This document shows, piece by piece, positions 28,905 to 40,175 of a stretch of DNA of 64,000 nucleotides. Source of the DNA: an uncultured delta proteobacterium (GTDB lineage: Bacteria; Desulfobacterota; Desulfobacteria; Desulfobacterales; QNYZ01). Numbering within the stretch: position 1 is the first letter of the stretch; every line of letters begins with the position of its first letter. The notes under the pieces were generated by a model. That model was given only the letters and a program-made list of their open reading frames with translations. It was not told the origin of the DNA and ran no database searches. The stretch covers positions 128,001-192,000 of the forward strand of contig CAWJQU010000003.1 in NCBI GenBank assembly GCA_963845145.1, in the 5' to 3' direction. The translations under genes and the position numbers were made by a program.

Positions 28905-29858
28905 TTATCTTCCAGCCTTCGATTCCAAGCCTTTAACGAGAGATTTAAGGGTCGAATTATAGGGCGTCTTTACACCGGCCCGGTGGCCATAATCGACAAA
29001 TTTTCCATTGATAAAGTCGATCTCCGTACGACGGCCGTTCTCAATATCCATAAGCATCGAGGGTTTATGATTACCTGCATTCTGCATATAGGCAACGGCT
29101 CCCGGATAGTAGTCCCATCCAACCGGTATCTCATTGGCTCGTGCCACTTGAATGCACTCTTTTAATAAGGCGTCAACGGTTTCAAAAACAATGGGGTCGT
29201 TCATGGCCTGGGCCATGGTTAAACCCGTCACCGCACAGACCGGATTCATGCTGGCGTTCATGATCGATTTCCGCCAGACCATTGAAACAATCTCGTCGGT
29301 ATGTTCAGTTATCAGGCCGCTGGTGGAAAAAGCCTCTGCAATGGCGACAGCGGCAGCTGTGGAATCTTTGTCCAGCTCTTGGATAAAATGGGGGGTGTGG
29401 TGAAAGGGCATATTGACATGAGCCGGACCCGCAAGCCCGCACCCATAATTGACAACAGCCCGCATGACAGATTTTTTACCAAGGGTTTTTGCCAGTTCAA
29501 GCTCGGTATCAATGCCGTTTTGCCAGCTGACCACATAAATTCCCTCGCGATGAAAACCTTCGATCGCCGATGCAATCAAGGGTAATGCATTGGCTTTAAC
29601 GGTGATAACCAACACATCCGGCGGTTTTTGGGCCAAATCATCGATGCTCGTGATCGTTTGAGCCACAGACTGCTGAAAGTTCTCAACCCCTTCAATAATG
29701 ATTCCGCGCTTACCCGCCGGTTCAAGCAGTTCGGGAATCACATCGCATAACGTCACATGATAACCGCCTCTGGCCAGGTAGGCCGCCACGATACATCCCA
29801 CGGGTCCGGCGCCGACCACGGCAAATGTTCGGGGCTTAAATTGGGATTGTTCGGTCAT
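28905..29858 (-). CDS. Ketopantoate reductase (PanE/ApbA) family 2-oxoacid reductase
   Basis: GAGPVG, TVKA, QNG, WRK, SMLMD..GRRTEIDFING. Confidence 0.88.
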   Translation of the reverse strand: MTEQSQFKPRTFAVVGAGPVGCIVAAYLARGGYHVTLCDVIPELLEPAGKRGIIIEGVENFQQSVAQTITSIDDLAQKPPDVLVITVKANALPLIASAIEGFHREGIYVVSWQNGIDTELELAKTLGKKSVMRAVVNYGCGLAGPAHVNMPFHHTPHFIQELDKDSTAAAVAIAEAFSTSGLITEHTDEIVSMVWRKSIMNASMNPVCAVTGLTMAQAMNDPIVFETVDALLKECIQVARANEIPVGWDYYPGAVAYMQNAGNHKPSMLMDIENGRRTEIDFINGKFVDYGHRAGVKTPYNSTLKSLVKGLESKAGR

Positions 29859-29910
29859 GCAGGCCTCCTTTACCTCATATCTTTGGTTGCAAGCTCAAGC
29901 GGTTACCCTA

Positions 29911-30342
29911 TTAATGAATTCCGAAAGCATCAGGGCCTAGAATGGTCGCCCCCTCTTTTTCAAGTACCGCGATGGCTTGATCGTTGTCATTGAAACGGAA
30001 GATCATCACGGCTTTATTAGGGAAAAACCCCGTAAACGCATACGTGTATTTGACAAGTACACCGGCTTCGGTCAGTGGCTTCAAGATATTTGCCAAACGC
30101 CCCGGACTATCTTCAATTTCCACGGCAACGACTTCGTTAACGTAGGCAGGCATCTGCATTTTCATCAAAATTTGACGGGTTTTGGCCACATCGGACACCA
30201 ACAGCCGAACCTGCCCAAACGCACCTGTATCCACGAGGTTCAGGGCACGAAGGTTAATAGCGGCATCGCCCAAGGCCTTTGTAACCTCATATAAACGATT
30301 GGGCGAGTTTTCTATGGATAAGACAACCTGTTTCAGTTTCAT
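29911..30342 (-). CDS. Tandem ACT-domain protein
   Basis: Q..IENSPNRL, INLRAL, DSPGRL, YTYAF. Confidence 0.85.
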   Translation of the reverse strand: MKLKQVVLSIENSPNRLYEVTKALGDAAINLRALNLVDTGAFGQVRLLVSDVAKTRQILMKMQMPAYVNEVVAVEIEDSPGRLANILKPLTEAGVLVKYTYAFTGFFPNKAVMIFRFNDNDQAIAVLEKEGATILGPDAFGIH

Positions 30343-30495
30343 GGCAAGCCTCCCTGGTACAGCTGTCGTGTCACATCGATTCGAATGATCGATGATGTAT
30401 TTTGAAGCAACTGCAGGAAAATTTAGTGATAGTTAATTGCAGTTCGATTTCGGGTCTTACTTGACCAAATTCCGCCCCGATTTAGCTATAATGTG

Positions 30496-30525
30496 ATTAT
30501 AATGAAGCGGTATTGTCCCTGTCAA
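30496..30525 (-). promoter_or_regulatory. sigma70 promoter for the ACT-to-dehydrogenase operon
   Basis: TTGACA-18 bp-TATAAT on the minus strand. Confidence 0.65.
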
Positions 30526-30596
30526 GAGAAAAAACAGGCAGAGGGAGATGGCTCTTGGATTTATTGAAACGGTAAATTTAGATGTCAAAGATTAGG

Positions 30597-31892
30597 TTAC
30601 TCTAGGAAGCCCATTGTTTTTGGCAACCACAATACCAGATCTGGCATATAGGTAATGATCATCAGGACTGTGATCTGGATCAACAAAAAAGGCATCACTG
30701 CTTTGGAAACGTAGACAATATCCCGATTCGCTATCGCTCCTGTAATATAGAGACTTACACCCATAGGTGGCGTGCAGTATCCGATGGCTAGATTGACGGT
30801 CATTATTAACCCGAAATGGGTCATATCAATGCCGAATGGATCTAACATCGGAAGAAAAACAGGTCCCAAGATCATGGTTGCTGAAATGATGTCCATAAAC
30901 ATGCCGATAAAGAGAAGCAGGGCATTCATGACCATCAGAAAAACGGCTGGCGAACTAATGTTTGCAAGTACTGCCTCGGTAATTTTTGATGGAATGCTCT
31001 CGAGGGCAAGATAGCGACCAAAACATGTGGCGCCGGCTACAATGATGAGAAGCGTGGCAGAAGTAACCGCAGAATTCACCGTTATTTTTTTTACTTCAAT
31101 AAGTTTTATTGATTTGTGGATAAATATTTCAACGATAAATGCATAAACACAGGCCACAATTGCAGCCTCGTTAGCGGTAAACGCGCCCGAGAAAATCCCC
31201 CCAAATATAATAACGATAAGCATGAGAGACCAAAACCCTTCTTTCAAAACTGCACATAATTCTCCGAACGAAGGGATTTTTTTTCGCACCAAGGTTGTGT
31301 CTTTCCGAAACCGAAAATATGTATATAGGCAGCAACCCGCCATAATGAGTATGCCCGGAAGAAAACCGGTTAAAAACAAAGCCTCCAACGATACATTGCT
31401 AATCATCATGTATAATATCATGCCGATGCTGGGTGGTATAATAACACCCAAGTTCGGCGATGTTGTCATGACACCCAATGTATATTTCTCATCATAGCCA
31501 TTCTCTATGAGTGCTGGAATCATGAATCCGCCTAGCGCCACAACTGTAGCAACAGTCGATCCTGAGATAGCGCCAAACATGCCGCAGGCTAAGATACCGG
31601 CCATGCCCAACCCGCCTGGCAGCCAACTTACAAGAGCGTTGGCAACCTTAATAAGCTTCTCAACGATAGAACCGGCAGTCATAATATTGCCGCAAAGAAT
31701 AAAAAACAGAACAACCACCAAGGCAAATTTATCTAAACTTCGCAAAAGGCTTTGAGCTAGAAGAAGTATGGGTAGGTCTGTAAAAAGAAGGAAGCTTAAA
31801 ACTGAAGTAAAAAATAGACACAAAAAAACAGGAATATACGTCGCCATGCATCCTAAAAGTATCAAAAGAACAATAATATGACTCAATTCCAT
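30597..31892 (-). CDS. TRAP transporter large permease (DctM)
   Basis: FGAISGS, IIPPSI, TPPMG; many TM helices. Confidence 0.93.
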   Translation of the reverse strand: MELSHIIVLLILLGCMATYIPVFLCLFFTSVLSFLLFTDLPILLLAQSLLRSLDKFALVVVLFFILCGNIMTAGSIVEKLIKVANALVSWLPGGLGMAGILACGMFGAISGSTVATVVALGGFMIPALIENGYDEKYTLGVMTTSPNLGVIIPPSIGMILYMMISNVSLEALFLTGFLPGILIMAGCCLYTYFRFRKDTTLVRKKIPSFGELCAVLKEGFWSLMLIVIIFGGIFSGAFTANEAAIVACVYAFIVEIFIHKSIKLIEVKKITVNSAVTSATLLIIVAGATCFGRYLALESIPSKITEAVLANISSPAVFLMVMNALLLFIGMFMDIISATMILGPVFLPMLDPFGIDMTHFGLIMTVNLAIGYCTPPMGVSLYITGAIANRDIVYVSKAVMPFLLIQITVLMIITYMPDLVLWLPKTMGFLE

Positions 31893-31940
31893 TTACTGGA
31901 GCCCCTTTCTAATTATCTTCAGGAAAATGGCTATTATGAG

Positions 31941-32435
31941 TTACTTTTTTTGCACTTGCTCTGTGATGTCTATATATATGACGTGAATGGTCCGTATGAA
32001 CATTAATACGCCCATCAATGGTAATATCATATACAGATAAACAAGCGGTATTTGCATGACGATGGTCTTTTGAGATGTCTGAATCTGAAGCGCAGCCATC
32101 AACCAGCCATAATACATCATCATAATTGAAAATATTAAAACAGCAAAATTACTAAAATATGATAACGGCATTTTAAGTTTTGGGAGAAGTTGCACAGAAG
32201 CATCGATTTTAATCATTGAACGGTTTCTAACTGCAGAACTGCAACCAATCAAAGTTGTATAGATAATTACCAGCCGAACCAGCTCTTCAGACCAAGCTAA
32301 CGCATAATTAAAGCCATATCTCAAAATAACATTCGCAAATAATGATAACAGAGCGACCATCACTGCAATAAATAGGGTCCATTCTTCAAAAAAAGTTAAC
32401 ACTTTGTCTAAAACATTTAAGAGCTTAGCAAACAT
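31941..32435 (-). CDS. TRAP transporter small permease (DctQ)
   Basis: LRYGFN..WSEEL; 4 TM helices. Confidence 0.9.
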   Translation of the reverse strand: MFAKLLNVLDKVLTFFEEWTLFIAVMVALLSLFANVILRYGFNYALAWSEELVRLVIIYTTLIGCSSAVRNRSMIKIDASVQLLPKLKMPLSYFSNFAVLIFSIMMMYYGWLMAALQIQTSQKTIVMQIPLVYLYMILPLMGVLMFIRTIHVIYIDITEQVQKK

Positions 32436-32517
32436 AGGATAATTCCTTAGCCTGAAAAACACTGCCACCAAAAACCAGGGTATACATTAGAAGAGTGGGT
32501 TAACATATAAAAGACGA

Positions 32518-32541
32518 GGGGGGTGTGACGCACCCCCCCCC
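32518..32541 (-). terminator. GC hairpin after dctP
   Basis: GGGGGGTG-TGACG-CACCCCCC, followed by TCGTCTTTT on the minus strand. Confidence 0.55.
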
Positions 32542-32561
32542 AAGATTAGGTATTGCAATTG

Positions 32562-33650
32562 TTACTGTTTGAAACCCATATAATCTTGAACCTCTTTCAG
32601 GTAATTAGCGGGTTTATAAGTATCAGTCGGATAAACTTTGTTGATCTCTTCGGTGTATTTCTCGTGTACAGCCACCCCTTTCTTAGCAAGATCGGCTATC
32701 GTATCCGCGGAAAGTTTGTGAAAGGTGACACCATTTTTAGTTTCTGCAGCCTTAATCATTTCGGCTTCCTGTGGTCTAGCTTCAACGCGTAGCTTCTGGC
32801 AGACTTCATGTATTACATCTGTAAATGTTTTCTGAAGATCGGCAGGTAGGCTTTCCAACCAGGCTTTATTGAATACCCAAATGAAAGCACCTTGGGCGTA
32901 CTCTACATGAGTGTAATGTTTTAAAGTCGCAAATTTACCGGTTAGTTGGCACACTAAAGGCGTATGATCCAATGCAGTGATGACGCCTTGTTTCAAGGAA
33001 ACAGGCACATCCGGCCAAGGCATGGGAATGGGATTTAGGCCCCATGATTTATAGGTAAGCTGATTGACAGCCGCTTCTGCAATCCTGAGTTTCTCTTTTT
33101 GGATACCCTCCAAAGAGTCAACCGGATTGGTTGTTCCCCAACCATAACTCCCATATGCCGTAATATCAATCCCCACGATACCCTGATGAAGCATGGCATT
33201 CATAAAATGTTCGAAAAGTTGGCCACTTTCAGCAAATTTATCCAGCTTATCAAAGTTATTAATAAGAAACGGTAAATTCAGCAGTCCAAATCGTGGCCCG
33301 AGATTGGGTGCGGCAACTGAACTGACCCCCATACCCTGAATAGCTCCCATCTGTAGCTGGTTAAGGACTTCCACTTCACCGCCAAGCATCGAAAAGGGTT
33401 TATAATCGATGTAGATTTGGCCATTGGTCCTCTTCCACACTTCATCGCGTGCAGCAAATCCGACATAAGCGCCTTTTATACCAGGATGGGATACATTGGA
33501 GATGATACATTTATACTTGGCCCCTGATGGATCAAACGCGGCTTTCCATTTATCCAATGACGGTTTTTTTTTGGCCATAGCGGGACTTACCACCAGTCCA
33601 ATGATTGCCATGCACATAATAAGCACCACCAAAAAATTCTTTCTGCGCAT
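32562..33650 (-). CDS. TRAP substrate-binding protein (DctP)
   Basis: Signal peptide, LGGEVEVLNQLQMG, LPF, KLRI, PMPW..V..LKQGVI. Confidence 0.9.
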   Translation of the reverse strand: MRRKNFLVVLIMCMAIIGLVVSPAMAKKKPSLDKWKAAFDPSGAKYKCIISNVSHPGIKGAYVGFAARDEVWKRTNGQIYIDYKPFSMLGGEVEVLNQLQMGAIQGMGVSSVAAPNLGPRFGLLNLPFLINNFDKLDKFAESGQLFEHFMNAMLHQGIVGIDITAYGSYGWGTTNPVDSLEGIQKEKLRIAEAAVNQLTYKSWGLNPIPMPWPDVPVSLKQGVITALDHTPLVCQLTGKFATLKHYTHVEYAQGAFIWVFNKAWLESLPADLQKTFTDVIHEVCQKLRVEARPQEAEMIKAAETKNGVTFHKLSADTIADLAKKGVAVHEKYTEEINKVYPTDTYKPANYLKEVQDYMGFKQ

Positions 33651-33861
33651 TCCATCCTCCTTTCGATAGGTTTGAAATAAGGCTGTGAGAAGCATTGCAC
33701 TAGGCTTCCCGCTGAGGTTAACTATAATAGCTATATTTCAGCTACACTGGTTTTTGTCAAGAAAAAAAAAGACCGACTATACCAACAAAATAAACGGTCT
33801 ATTCGGATTTGAAACGGGATACCACGGGTTGAGAGAAAGTGAATTCTTTACGCGGCCCAAA

Positions 33862-33893
33862 ACAAAAGAACCCCACGCTATGGCGTAGGGTCC
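33862..33893 (-). terminator. Rho-independent terminator of the alpha operon
   Basis: ACCCTACGC-CATA-GCGTGGGGT followed by TCTTTTGTTTT. Confidence 0.7.
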
Positions 33894-33927
33894 ATGTCAA
33901 CTGTGAAATTAGCTATAAAGTTTTATT

Positions 33928-34599
33928 TTAAGAAGGCTTTTCCTCGTTTTCAGTTTCATCTTTGACCGTATCTGTAGGTAAGCTTTCAACTTTTTGTGAG
34001 TCAGTCTCTGCTACCGCTGGGTCAACGTCTGCTATCAAATCATTTGACGCATCTTTCTCATTGATATCTTCTTGGGCTGGGCTCGTCTCAGCGCCAGACT
34101 CCTCCAAAGTGGAAACGCTTTCCTCGGCGTCTTGTATGGAATCATCAACAACATCTGCGGATTTGTCTTTGGCTGTAGCAACCACAGGTGCAGGTGTCGC
34201 CGCTTTTTCAGTCTTTTTCTTCTTTTTCTTTTTACTTGTATCATCAGGAGTAATAAATGCAACCATCGACATGGTCGCAGCATCCCCAGGGCGGCGGCCT
34301 AATTTCACTACCCGAGTGTAGCCACCCGATACGGCGCCAAATCGTTCAGGGGCTTCATCAAACAATTTTTTGACTACCGCTCTCTCCCGAATGATCGATA
34401 GGGCCAAACGACGCGCATGGAGATCCCCTCGCTTAGCAAGCGTGACCATCTTATCGCCCCAACGTCTCAATTCTTTCGCCTTGGCATCTGTCGTGCGAAT
34501 TTGGTCATATTTGATAAGCGACGTCACCATGTTACGAAACATGGCCTTACGATGACTTGATGTTCGATTAAGCTTCAAACCGGCTTTACGATGTCTCAT
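33928..34599 (-). CDS. rplQ: 50S protein L17 with a C-terminal extension
   Basis: MRHRKAGLKLNRTSSHR. Confidence 0.97.
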   Translation of the reverse strand: MRHRKAGLKLNRTSSHRKAMFRNMVTSLIKYDQIRTTDAKAKELRRWGDKMVTLAKRGDLHARRLALSIIRERAVVKKLFDEAPERFGAVSGGYTRVVKLGRRPGDAATMSMVAFITPDDTSKKKKKKKTEKAATPAPVVATAKDKSADVVDDSIQDAEESVSTLEESGAETSPAQEDINEKDASNDLIADVDPAVAETDSQKVESLPTDTVKDETENEEKPS

Positions 34600-34607
34600 T
34601 TACTTTG

Positions 34608-35630
34608 TTACTCCTCTATTTCTACACCTTCTTCTTCAGGAGGTAAAAACCCTTCCAGTTCCATGCCTAAAGATAGGTCCATTTCGGTCAGAACTTCTTT
34701 TATTTCGTTCAAGGATTTTCGACCAAAATTTTTCGTTTTTAGCATTTCGCTTTCGTTTTTACTAACCAGCTGATAAATTTTTACGATGTCTGCATTTTTG
34801 AGGCAGTTGGCGCTACGAACCGACAATTCCAACTCTTCGACACTGCGATAAAGGTTTTCATTAAAATTCGGCTCGGTTTTATCACCCCTTCTTTTTGGCT
34901 CAGGCATTTTATTTTCATCAAAATTAATAAAAATGGCCATTTGCTCTTTCATAATTTTAGCCGCGTATCCCACAGCACTATCAGGAGACACACTGCCATC
35001 CGTCCAAACTTCCAGGGTTAATTTGTCATAATCAGTCTTTTGCCCAACCCGGGCCTGGCCCACAGTATAAACCACACGTTTTATCGGTGAAAATACGGCG
35101 TCAATAGGAATAGTGCCTACAGGTGCCTCGGGATCTTTATTCTCTTTTGCCAATACGTATCCCTTGCCAACCCGCACCTGCATCTCCATGTTGAGCGAGG
35201 CTTTATCATTTATGGTTGCGATATGCTGTTCAGGATTAAGGATTTCACACCGCCCATCATCGCTGACAATATCGGCGGCGGTGATGTTTTTTTCACTTTT
35301 GGCTTCGATCCGAATAGTAGCGCCTTCGGGGTCGGACACTTTCAGCCGAATCTCCTTCAGGTTTAATATAATCTCCGACACATCTTCCAGTACACCGGGA
35401 ATGGTCGTAAATTCGTGCATAACGTCATCGAACTTCACAGATACGATGGCCGCACCGTAAAGCGATGATAGGATGATTCGTCGCAGGGAGTTCCCAATGG
35501 TAATACCAAATCCCCTTTCAAGCGGTTCGCAGATAAATTTACCGTAAGATTCATCCGCCGCATCTACTTGAACCCCATCAGGCGTAATCATCTGCTGCCA
35601 GTTTATCTGCATAAGCTTATTTGATGACAT
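34608..35630 (-). CDS. rpoA: RNA polymerase alpha
   Basis: EPLERGFG, LELSVRS. Confidence 0.98.
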   Translation of the reverse strand: MSSNKLMQINWQQMITPDGVQVDAADESYGKFICEPLERGFGITIGNSLRRIILSSLYGAAIVSVKFDDVMHEFTTIPGVLEDVSEIILNLKEIRLKVSDPEGATIRIEAKSEKNITAADIVSDDGRCEILNPEQHIATINDKASLNMEMQVRVGKGYVLAKENKDPEAPVGTIPIDAVFSPIKRVVYTVGQARVGQKTDYDKLTLEVWTDGSVSPDSAVGYAAKIMKEQMAIFINFDENKMPEPKRRGDKTEPNFNENLYRSVEELELSVRSANCLKNADIVKIYQLVSKNESEMLKTKNFGRKSLNEIKEVLTEMDLSLGMELEGFLPPEEEGVEIEE

Positions 35631-35716
35631 GGCATTCTTCTCCAACAAATTTTGTAGAAATCCCCTAAAAGTTTACTAAATTCAGAGGATACCCACGTAA
35701 AAGGTGCGTTAATAGT

Positions 35717-36346
35717 CTATTTCGAGTAAAGTTCTACAATCAGCTGTTCTTGCATCGGCATGGTCAGATCTTCACGAACCGGCATGGATTTAACGACGCC
35801 TTTGACCTGATCTTTTTCAAGGTCCAGCCATTGCGGAATTCCGCGCCTGACTACAGCTTCCATTGCATCGGCAATGACCTGAAGCTTAGCACTTTTTTCT
35901 CTGGGCTGAATAACGTCTCCCTCGTTGATAAGATAGGAGGGAATATTCACTTTTTTATTATTGACTAAAAAGTGATTGTGCCGCACCAGATGACGCCCCT
36001 GGGTACGTGAATTAACAAAACCCAATCGATAAACGACATTATCAAGTCGGCGCTCCAAAAATATCAAGAGGTTCGTTCCGGTGATACCTTTTTGCCGGTC
36101 AGCTCTCTGAAAAAAGAGATGAAACTGCTTTTCGGTCAAACCGTACATACGCTTAATTTTTTGCTTTTCCCTCAATTGGATTCCATAATCAGAGACCTTC
36201 CGCCCGCGTCTTTGGCCATGCTGGCCAGGTGGATATCCCCTACGATCAAACCCACATTTATCAGAGTAACAACGGTCACCCTTTAGAAAAAGCTTTAAAT
36301 TTTCCCGCCGGCATAGCCGGCATACTGACCCTGTGTAACGTGCCAA
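35717..36346 (-). CDS. rpsD: 30S protein S4 (TTG start)
   Basis: ARYTG..CRLCRRE, QLREKQK. Confidence 0.97.
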   Translation of the reverse strand: MARYTGSVCRLCRRENLKLFLKGDRCYSDKCGFDRRGYPPGQHGQRRGRKVSDYGIQLREKQKIKRMYGLTEKQFHLFFQRADRQKGITGTNLLIFLERRLDNVVYRLGFVNSRTQGRHLVRHNHFLVNNKKVNIPSYLINEGDVIQPREKSAKLQVIADAMEAVVRRGIPQWLDLEKDQVKGVVKSMPVREDLTMPMQEQLIVELYSK

Positions 36347-36403
36347 ATGATCCTCCTTGCCGTTCAATCGATCCGTCGGCAATCGATAATTTTTTAATTT
36401 TGT

Positions 36404-36790
36404 CTATACTCGGCGACGTTTCGGTGGCCGGCAACCGTTATGAGGTACCGGGGTCACATCTTTGATCAACGTAATAGTAAATCCTGCCGCTTGGAGTGCT
36501 CTCAAGGCCGATTCTCTACCACTACCCGGTCCTTTGACATAAACTTCAACGCTTTTCATGCCATGTTCCATCGCATCTTTAACAGCACTTTGGGCTGCCA
36601 GTTGTGCCGCAAAAGGGGTACTCTTCCTTGATCCCTTAAAACCCTGCATGCCGGCACTGGACCAGGCCACTGTATTGCCGGCCGTATCCGTAATGGTTAC
36701 GATGGTATTATTGAAGGTAGATTGGATGTGAACAACGCCGTTGGCGATATTCTTCTTTTCTTTTTTCTTTGTGCGCGGTCTCTTAGCCAT
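36404..36790 (-). CDS. rpsK: 30S protein S11
   Basis: [13 protein letters not shown]. Confidence 0.98.
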   Translation of the reverse strand: MAKRPRTKKKEKKNIANGVVHIQSTFNNTIVTITDTAGNTVAWSSAGMQGFKGSRKSTPFAAQLAAQSAVKDAMEHGMKSVEVYVKGPGSGRESALRALQAAGFTITLIKDVTPVPHNGCRPPKRRRV

Positions 36791-36813
36791 GCAATTATCC
36801 TTTTAGCTTCAGC

Positions 36814-37194
36814 TTACTTGCGAATGGTCCCCTTCTTTTTAACTGCAGTCCGTCGCGGGCCTTTGCGAGTACGTGCGTTGGTACTCGTCCGTTGCCCTCG
36901 AACCGGCAGCGATCGACGATGCCTCAGGCCACGATAACAACCCAAGTCCATCAACCGCTTGATACTCATGGACACACTAGATCGCAGTTCGCCTTCAACC
37001 TTATACTCACTATCAATCACTTTCCGAATCTGATTGACATCCGTCTCGGTTAAATCATCGGTTTTTAAATTGGGATCAATGCGCGCTTTCTCCAAGATCT
37101 TTTGCGATAACGTTCGCCCGATCCCGTAGATATATGTCAGTCCAATTTCAACCCGTTTACGTCTGGGTAAATCTACACCAGCGATTCGTGCCAA
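36814..37194 (-). CDS. rpsM: 30S protein S13
   Basis: [16 protein letters not shown]. Confidence 0.98.
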   Translation of the reverse strand: MARIAGVDLPRRKRVEIGLTYIYGIGRTLSQKILEKARIDPNLKTDDLTETDVNQIRKVIDSEYKVEGELRSSVSMSIKRLMDLGCYRGLRHRRSLPVRGQRTSTNARTRKGPRRTAVKKKGTIRK

Positions 37195-37220
37195 GGTATT
37201 TCCTCCTTATGAACTTTAGA

Positions 37221-37334
37221 TCAGCCCTGCCGCTGTTTATGGCGTTTATTCTCACAGATCACCCGGATAACGCCTTTTCGTCGGACGATCTTGCACTTAT
37301 CACAAATTTTCTTTACGGACGCCCTGACTTTCAT
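37221..37334 (-). CDS. rpmJ: 50S protein L36 (not in the ORF track)
   Basis: [37 protein letters not shown]. Confidence 0.97.
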   Translation of the reverse strand: MKVRASVKKICDKCKIVRRKGVIRVICENKRHKQRQG

Positions 37335-37406
37335 TTATTGGCTCCTTCTAAAACGCTACTCAAGATCTCTATAAAAAACCTAAAAAAATGTCTTTTTAAA
37401 AATAGG

Positions 37407-37625
37407 TTATTTTTCCCGGTAAGTTATTCGGCCTCGGGTTAAATCATATGGAGATAATTCCACCGAGACTTTGTCTCCGGGTAGAATTTTAATAAAATGC
37501 ATTCGCATTTTACCTGAAATGTGAGCCAGAACCTGGTGTTTATTTTCCAGTTCAACTTTGAACATGGCATTGGGCAATGTCTCTAGCACCACACCATCCA
37601 CTTTTATCGGTTCTTCCTTTGCCAT
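37407..37625 (-). CDS. infA: Translation initiation factor IF-1
   Basis: [16 protein letters not shown]. Confidence 0.98.
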   Translation of the reverse strand: MAKEEPIKVDGVVLETLPNAMFKVELENKHQVLAHISGKMRMHFIKILPGDKVSVELSPYDLTRGRITYREK

Positions 37626-37671
37626 CGGTTTTACTGGCCCCCTTCATTCCTGCAAACGTTTGGTTATGAAC

Positions 37672-38973
37672 TTAACGTCTTCCTTTAATCCTGCCGCCGC
37701 CGCTACGTTTTAAAAACCCTTCGTAATGACGCGTGAGCATATGTGACTCAATTTGGGACATGGTATCGATTGCCACACCAACCACAATCAGTAAAGCCGT
37801 CCCTCCGAAATAGAAGGGAACATTAAACCTGCTGATCAATATTGAAGGAAGAACGCACACTGCGGATACATAAATAGCACCACCCAAAGTGATACGTGTC
37901 AACACACGATCAATATAATCAGCAGTGCGTTTACCGGGCCGAATACCCGGAATGAAGCCGCCGTTTTTTTTCATATTATCGGCAACATCCACCGGATTAA
38001 AGGTAACCGCTGTGTAAAAATAGCAGAAAAATACGATGAACCCGACAAACAGTAAATTATAGATAATTCCCCCTGGATTAAGACTATCCGAAATAGCCTG
38101 CACCCAAGGAATGTCGATAAAGTTAGCGATAGTCGCCGGAAACATGATAATCGACGAAGCGAAAATAGGTGGAATAACGCCAGATGTATTTATCTTTAAG
38201 GGCAGATGAGTGCTCTGTCCGCCATACATTTTGCGGCCGACCATACGCTTGGCGTATTGCACTTGAATTCGACGCTGTCCCTGCTCGACAAAAATGATAA
38301 ACGCGACAACGGCAAGCATAGCGATGACCAGTATTAAAACCGCAAAAATATTCAATTCACCGGTAGATAACAATCGAAACGTATTCGCAATCGCACTGGG
38401 TAAACGAGCAACAATACCGGCAAATATGATTAATGAGATGCCATTACCGATACCCCGCTCTGTGATCTGCTCACCCAGCCACATAATGAAAGCGGTTCCG
38501 GCAGTAAGGGTGATCACCGTCATTATACGAAATGACCAGCCTGGGATTAGCACAACGCCCATTTTTTCGAGCCCAACGCTGATACCCAAGCCTTGAATAA
38601 TACTTAGTACAACCGTTCCATAGCGGGTATACTGAGTAATTTTTTTTCGCCCCTGCTCACCCTCTTTCTTTAATTGTTCCAGGAATGGAACAACCACAGT
38701 AAGCAGCTGCAAAATAATAGAAGCACTGATATAGGGCATGATCCCTAGAGCAAAAACCGACATTTGCTCCAAAGCCCCACCTGAAAACATATTAAAGACA
38801 CCGAGAATGGTTCCCTTGGCACGAGCAAAAATATCCGCCAGGGCGGTGCTGTCGATACCGGGTACCGGTATAGCCACGCCGACACGATAGATTGCCAGTA
38901 AGCCCGCCGTAAAAAAGATACGCCGTTTAAGTTCAGGAATTTTAAAAATATTTTGAAAGCCGCTACCGATCAC
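37672..38973 (-). CDS. secY: Preprotein translocase SecY
   Basis: [18 protein letters not shown]. Confidence 0.98.
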   Translation of the reverse strand: MIGSGFQNIFKIPELKRRIFFTAGLLAIYRVGVAIPVPGIDSTALADIFARAKGTILGVFNMFSGGALEQMSVFALGIMPYISASIILQLLTVVVPFLEQLKKEGEQGRKKITQYTRYGTVVLSIIQGLGISVGLEKMGVVLIPGWSFRIMTVITLTAGTAFIMWLGEQITERGIGNGISLIIFAGIVARLPSAIANTFRLLSTGELNIFAVLILVIAMLAVVAFIIFVEQGQRRIQVQYAKRMVGRKMYGGQSTHLPLKINTSGVIPPIFASSIIMFPATIANFIDIPWVQAISDSLNPGGIIYNLLFVGFIVFFCYFYTAVTFNPVDVADNMKKNGGFIPGIRPGKRTADYIDRVLTRITLGGAIYVSAVCVLPSILISRFNVPFYFGGTALLIVVGVAIDTMSQIESHMLTRHYEGFLKRSGGGRIKGRR

Positions 38974-39414
38974 TTAAAGTACCTCGACCGTTCCACCGGA
39001 TTTTACAATTTTAGCTTTTGCTGCTTCACTGATCCGGTTAACCTTCACAGTTAGGGGATGCTCCAGTTCGCCGTTTCCCAGTATCTTAATACCGTCTCGT
39101 CTTCCTTTGACCAGACCTGCCTTCACTAAGGTCACTTCATCAACGGTGGTGCCACTTTCAAAACGCGATAGGTCACCCAAGTTTACGATTGCCATCCGTT
39201 TTCTAAAGATATTGGTGAAACCTCTTTTGGGTAACCGTCTTTGCAATGGCATCTGTCCACCCTCAAAGCCCGGCCGCACACCACCGCCTGAACGGCTGTT
39301 GCTCCCCTTTGTACCACGACCGGCGGTTTTTCCCCAACCAGAGCCAAGCCCTTTTCCCAACCGCTTACGTTTTCTGCGGGAACCGGCAGCCGGCGATAAT
39401 TCGTTGAGTCTCAT
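38974..39414 (-). CDS. rplO: 50S protein L15
   Basis: [18 protein letters not shown]. Confidence 0.98.
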   Translation of the reverse strand: MRLNELSPAAGSRRKRKRLGKGLGSGWGKTAGRGTKGSNSRSGGGVRPGFEGGQMPLQRRLPKRGFTNIFRKRMAIVNLGDLSRFESGTTVDEVTLVKAGLVKGRRDGIKILGNGELEHPLTVKVNRISEAAKAKIVKSGGTVEVL

Positions 39415-39599
39415 TTACCTTCTCCTAACACCATTACTAAGTGAGAGACAGCATTGATCATCCCTCTGCTCGAGGGTGTATCCGGTATTTCAACGGTTTT
39501 ATTTATTTTCGTCAGACCCATCCCTTTCAGAACACGGCGATGCTTCTCCGGTCTTCCGATCATACTTTTAACCAGTTTCACTTTAATTTTTTCGGCCAT
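39411..39599 (-). CDS. rpmD: 50S protein L30
   Basis: LVKSMIGR; position in the spc operon. Confidence 0.95.
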   Translation of the reverse strand: MAEKIKVKLVKSMIGRPEKHRRVLKGMGLTKINKTVEIPDTPSSRGMINAVSHLVMVLGEGK

Positions 39600-39618
39600 G
39601 AAAATATATTCCTCCAAG

Positions 39619-40116
39619 TCACTTCAGATCGGCGACGGCAATACCGCGCCTCTGAGCAACTTGTTCCGGGCTTTGCAATTTAGCCAACCCTTCCAGTGTT
39701 GCTTTTACCACATTATGGGCGTTGTGGGATCCCATACATTTAGTCAGGATATTCTGAACACCGGCGGCCTCCAAAACAGCTCGAACCGCGCCACCTGCAA
39801 TCAACCCGGTACCTTCTGCAGCTGGTTTAAGCAATACTCGCCCGGCTCCAAAGCGACCGATGACTTTATAGGGAATGGTTCCTCCCGATAATGGCACGGC
39901 AAACATTCCTTTTTTGGCCTTCTCAACGCCTTTGCGAATCGCTTCGGGAACTTCGCCGGCTTTTCCTAAACCGAAACCGACACTTCCCTTTCCATCTCCG
40001 ACAACGACAATCGCGCTGAAACTAAACCGACGGCCACCTTTAACCACTTTGGCCACCCGGTTGATATGGACGACTTTATCGATTAACAGGTTTTCTTCTC
40101 TGTCTGGTTTATACAA
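39619..40116 (-). CDS. rpsE: 30S protein S5
   Basis: [12 protein letters not shown]. Confidence 0.98.
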   Translation of the reverse strand: MYKPDREENLLIDKVVHINRVAKVVKGGRRFSFSAIVVVGDGKGSVGFGLGKAGEVPEAIRKGVEKAKKGMFAVPLSGGTIPYKVIGRFGAGRVLLKPAAEGTGLIAGGAVRAVLEAAGVQNILTKCMGSHNAHNVVKATLEGLAKLQSPEQVAQRRGIAVADLK

Positions 40117-40175
40117 CCGCCTGCCTCCGTTTATTCATTCTGGTTTATACTTTTGGACTCAATAAGTCTTTATGC

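Noticed and set aside
30597..32435. Visibly AT-rich TRAP permease genes as a horizontally acquired island
   Set aside because: Hydrophobic membrane-protein codons can explain the bias; no mobility genes or boundary repeats seen
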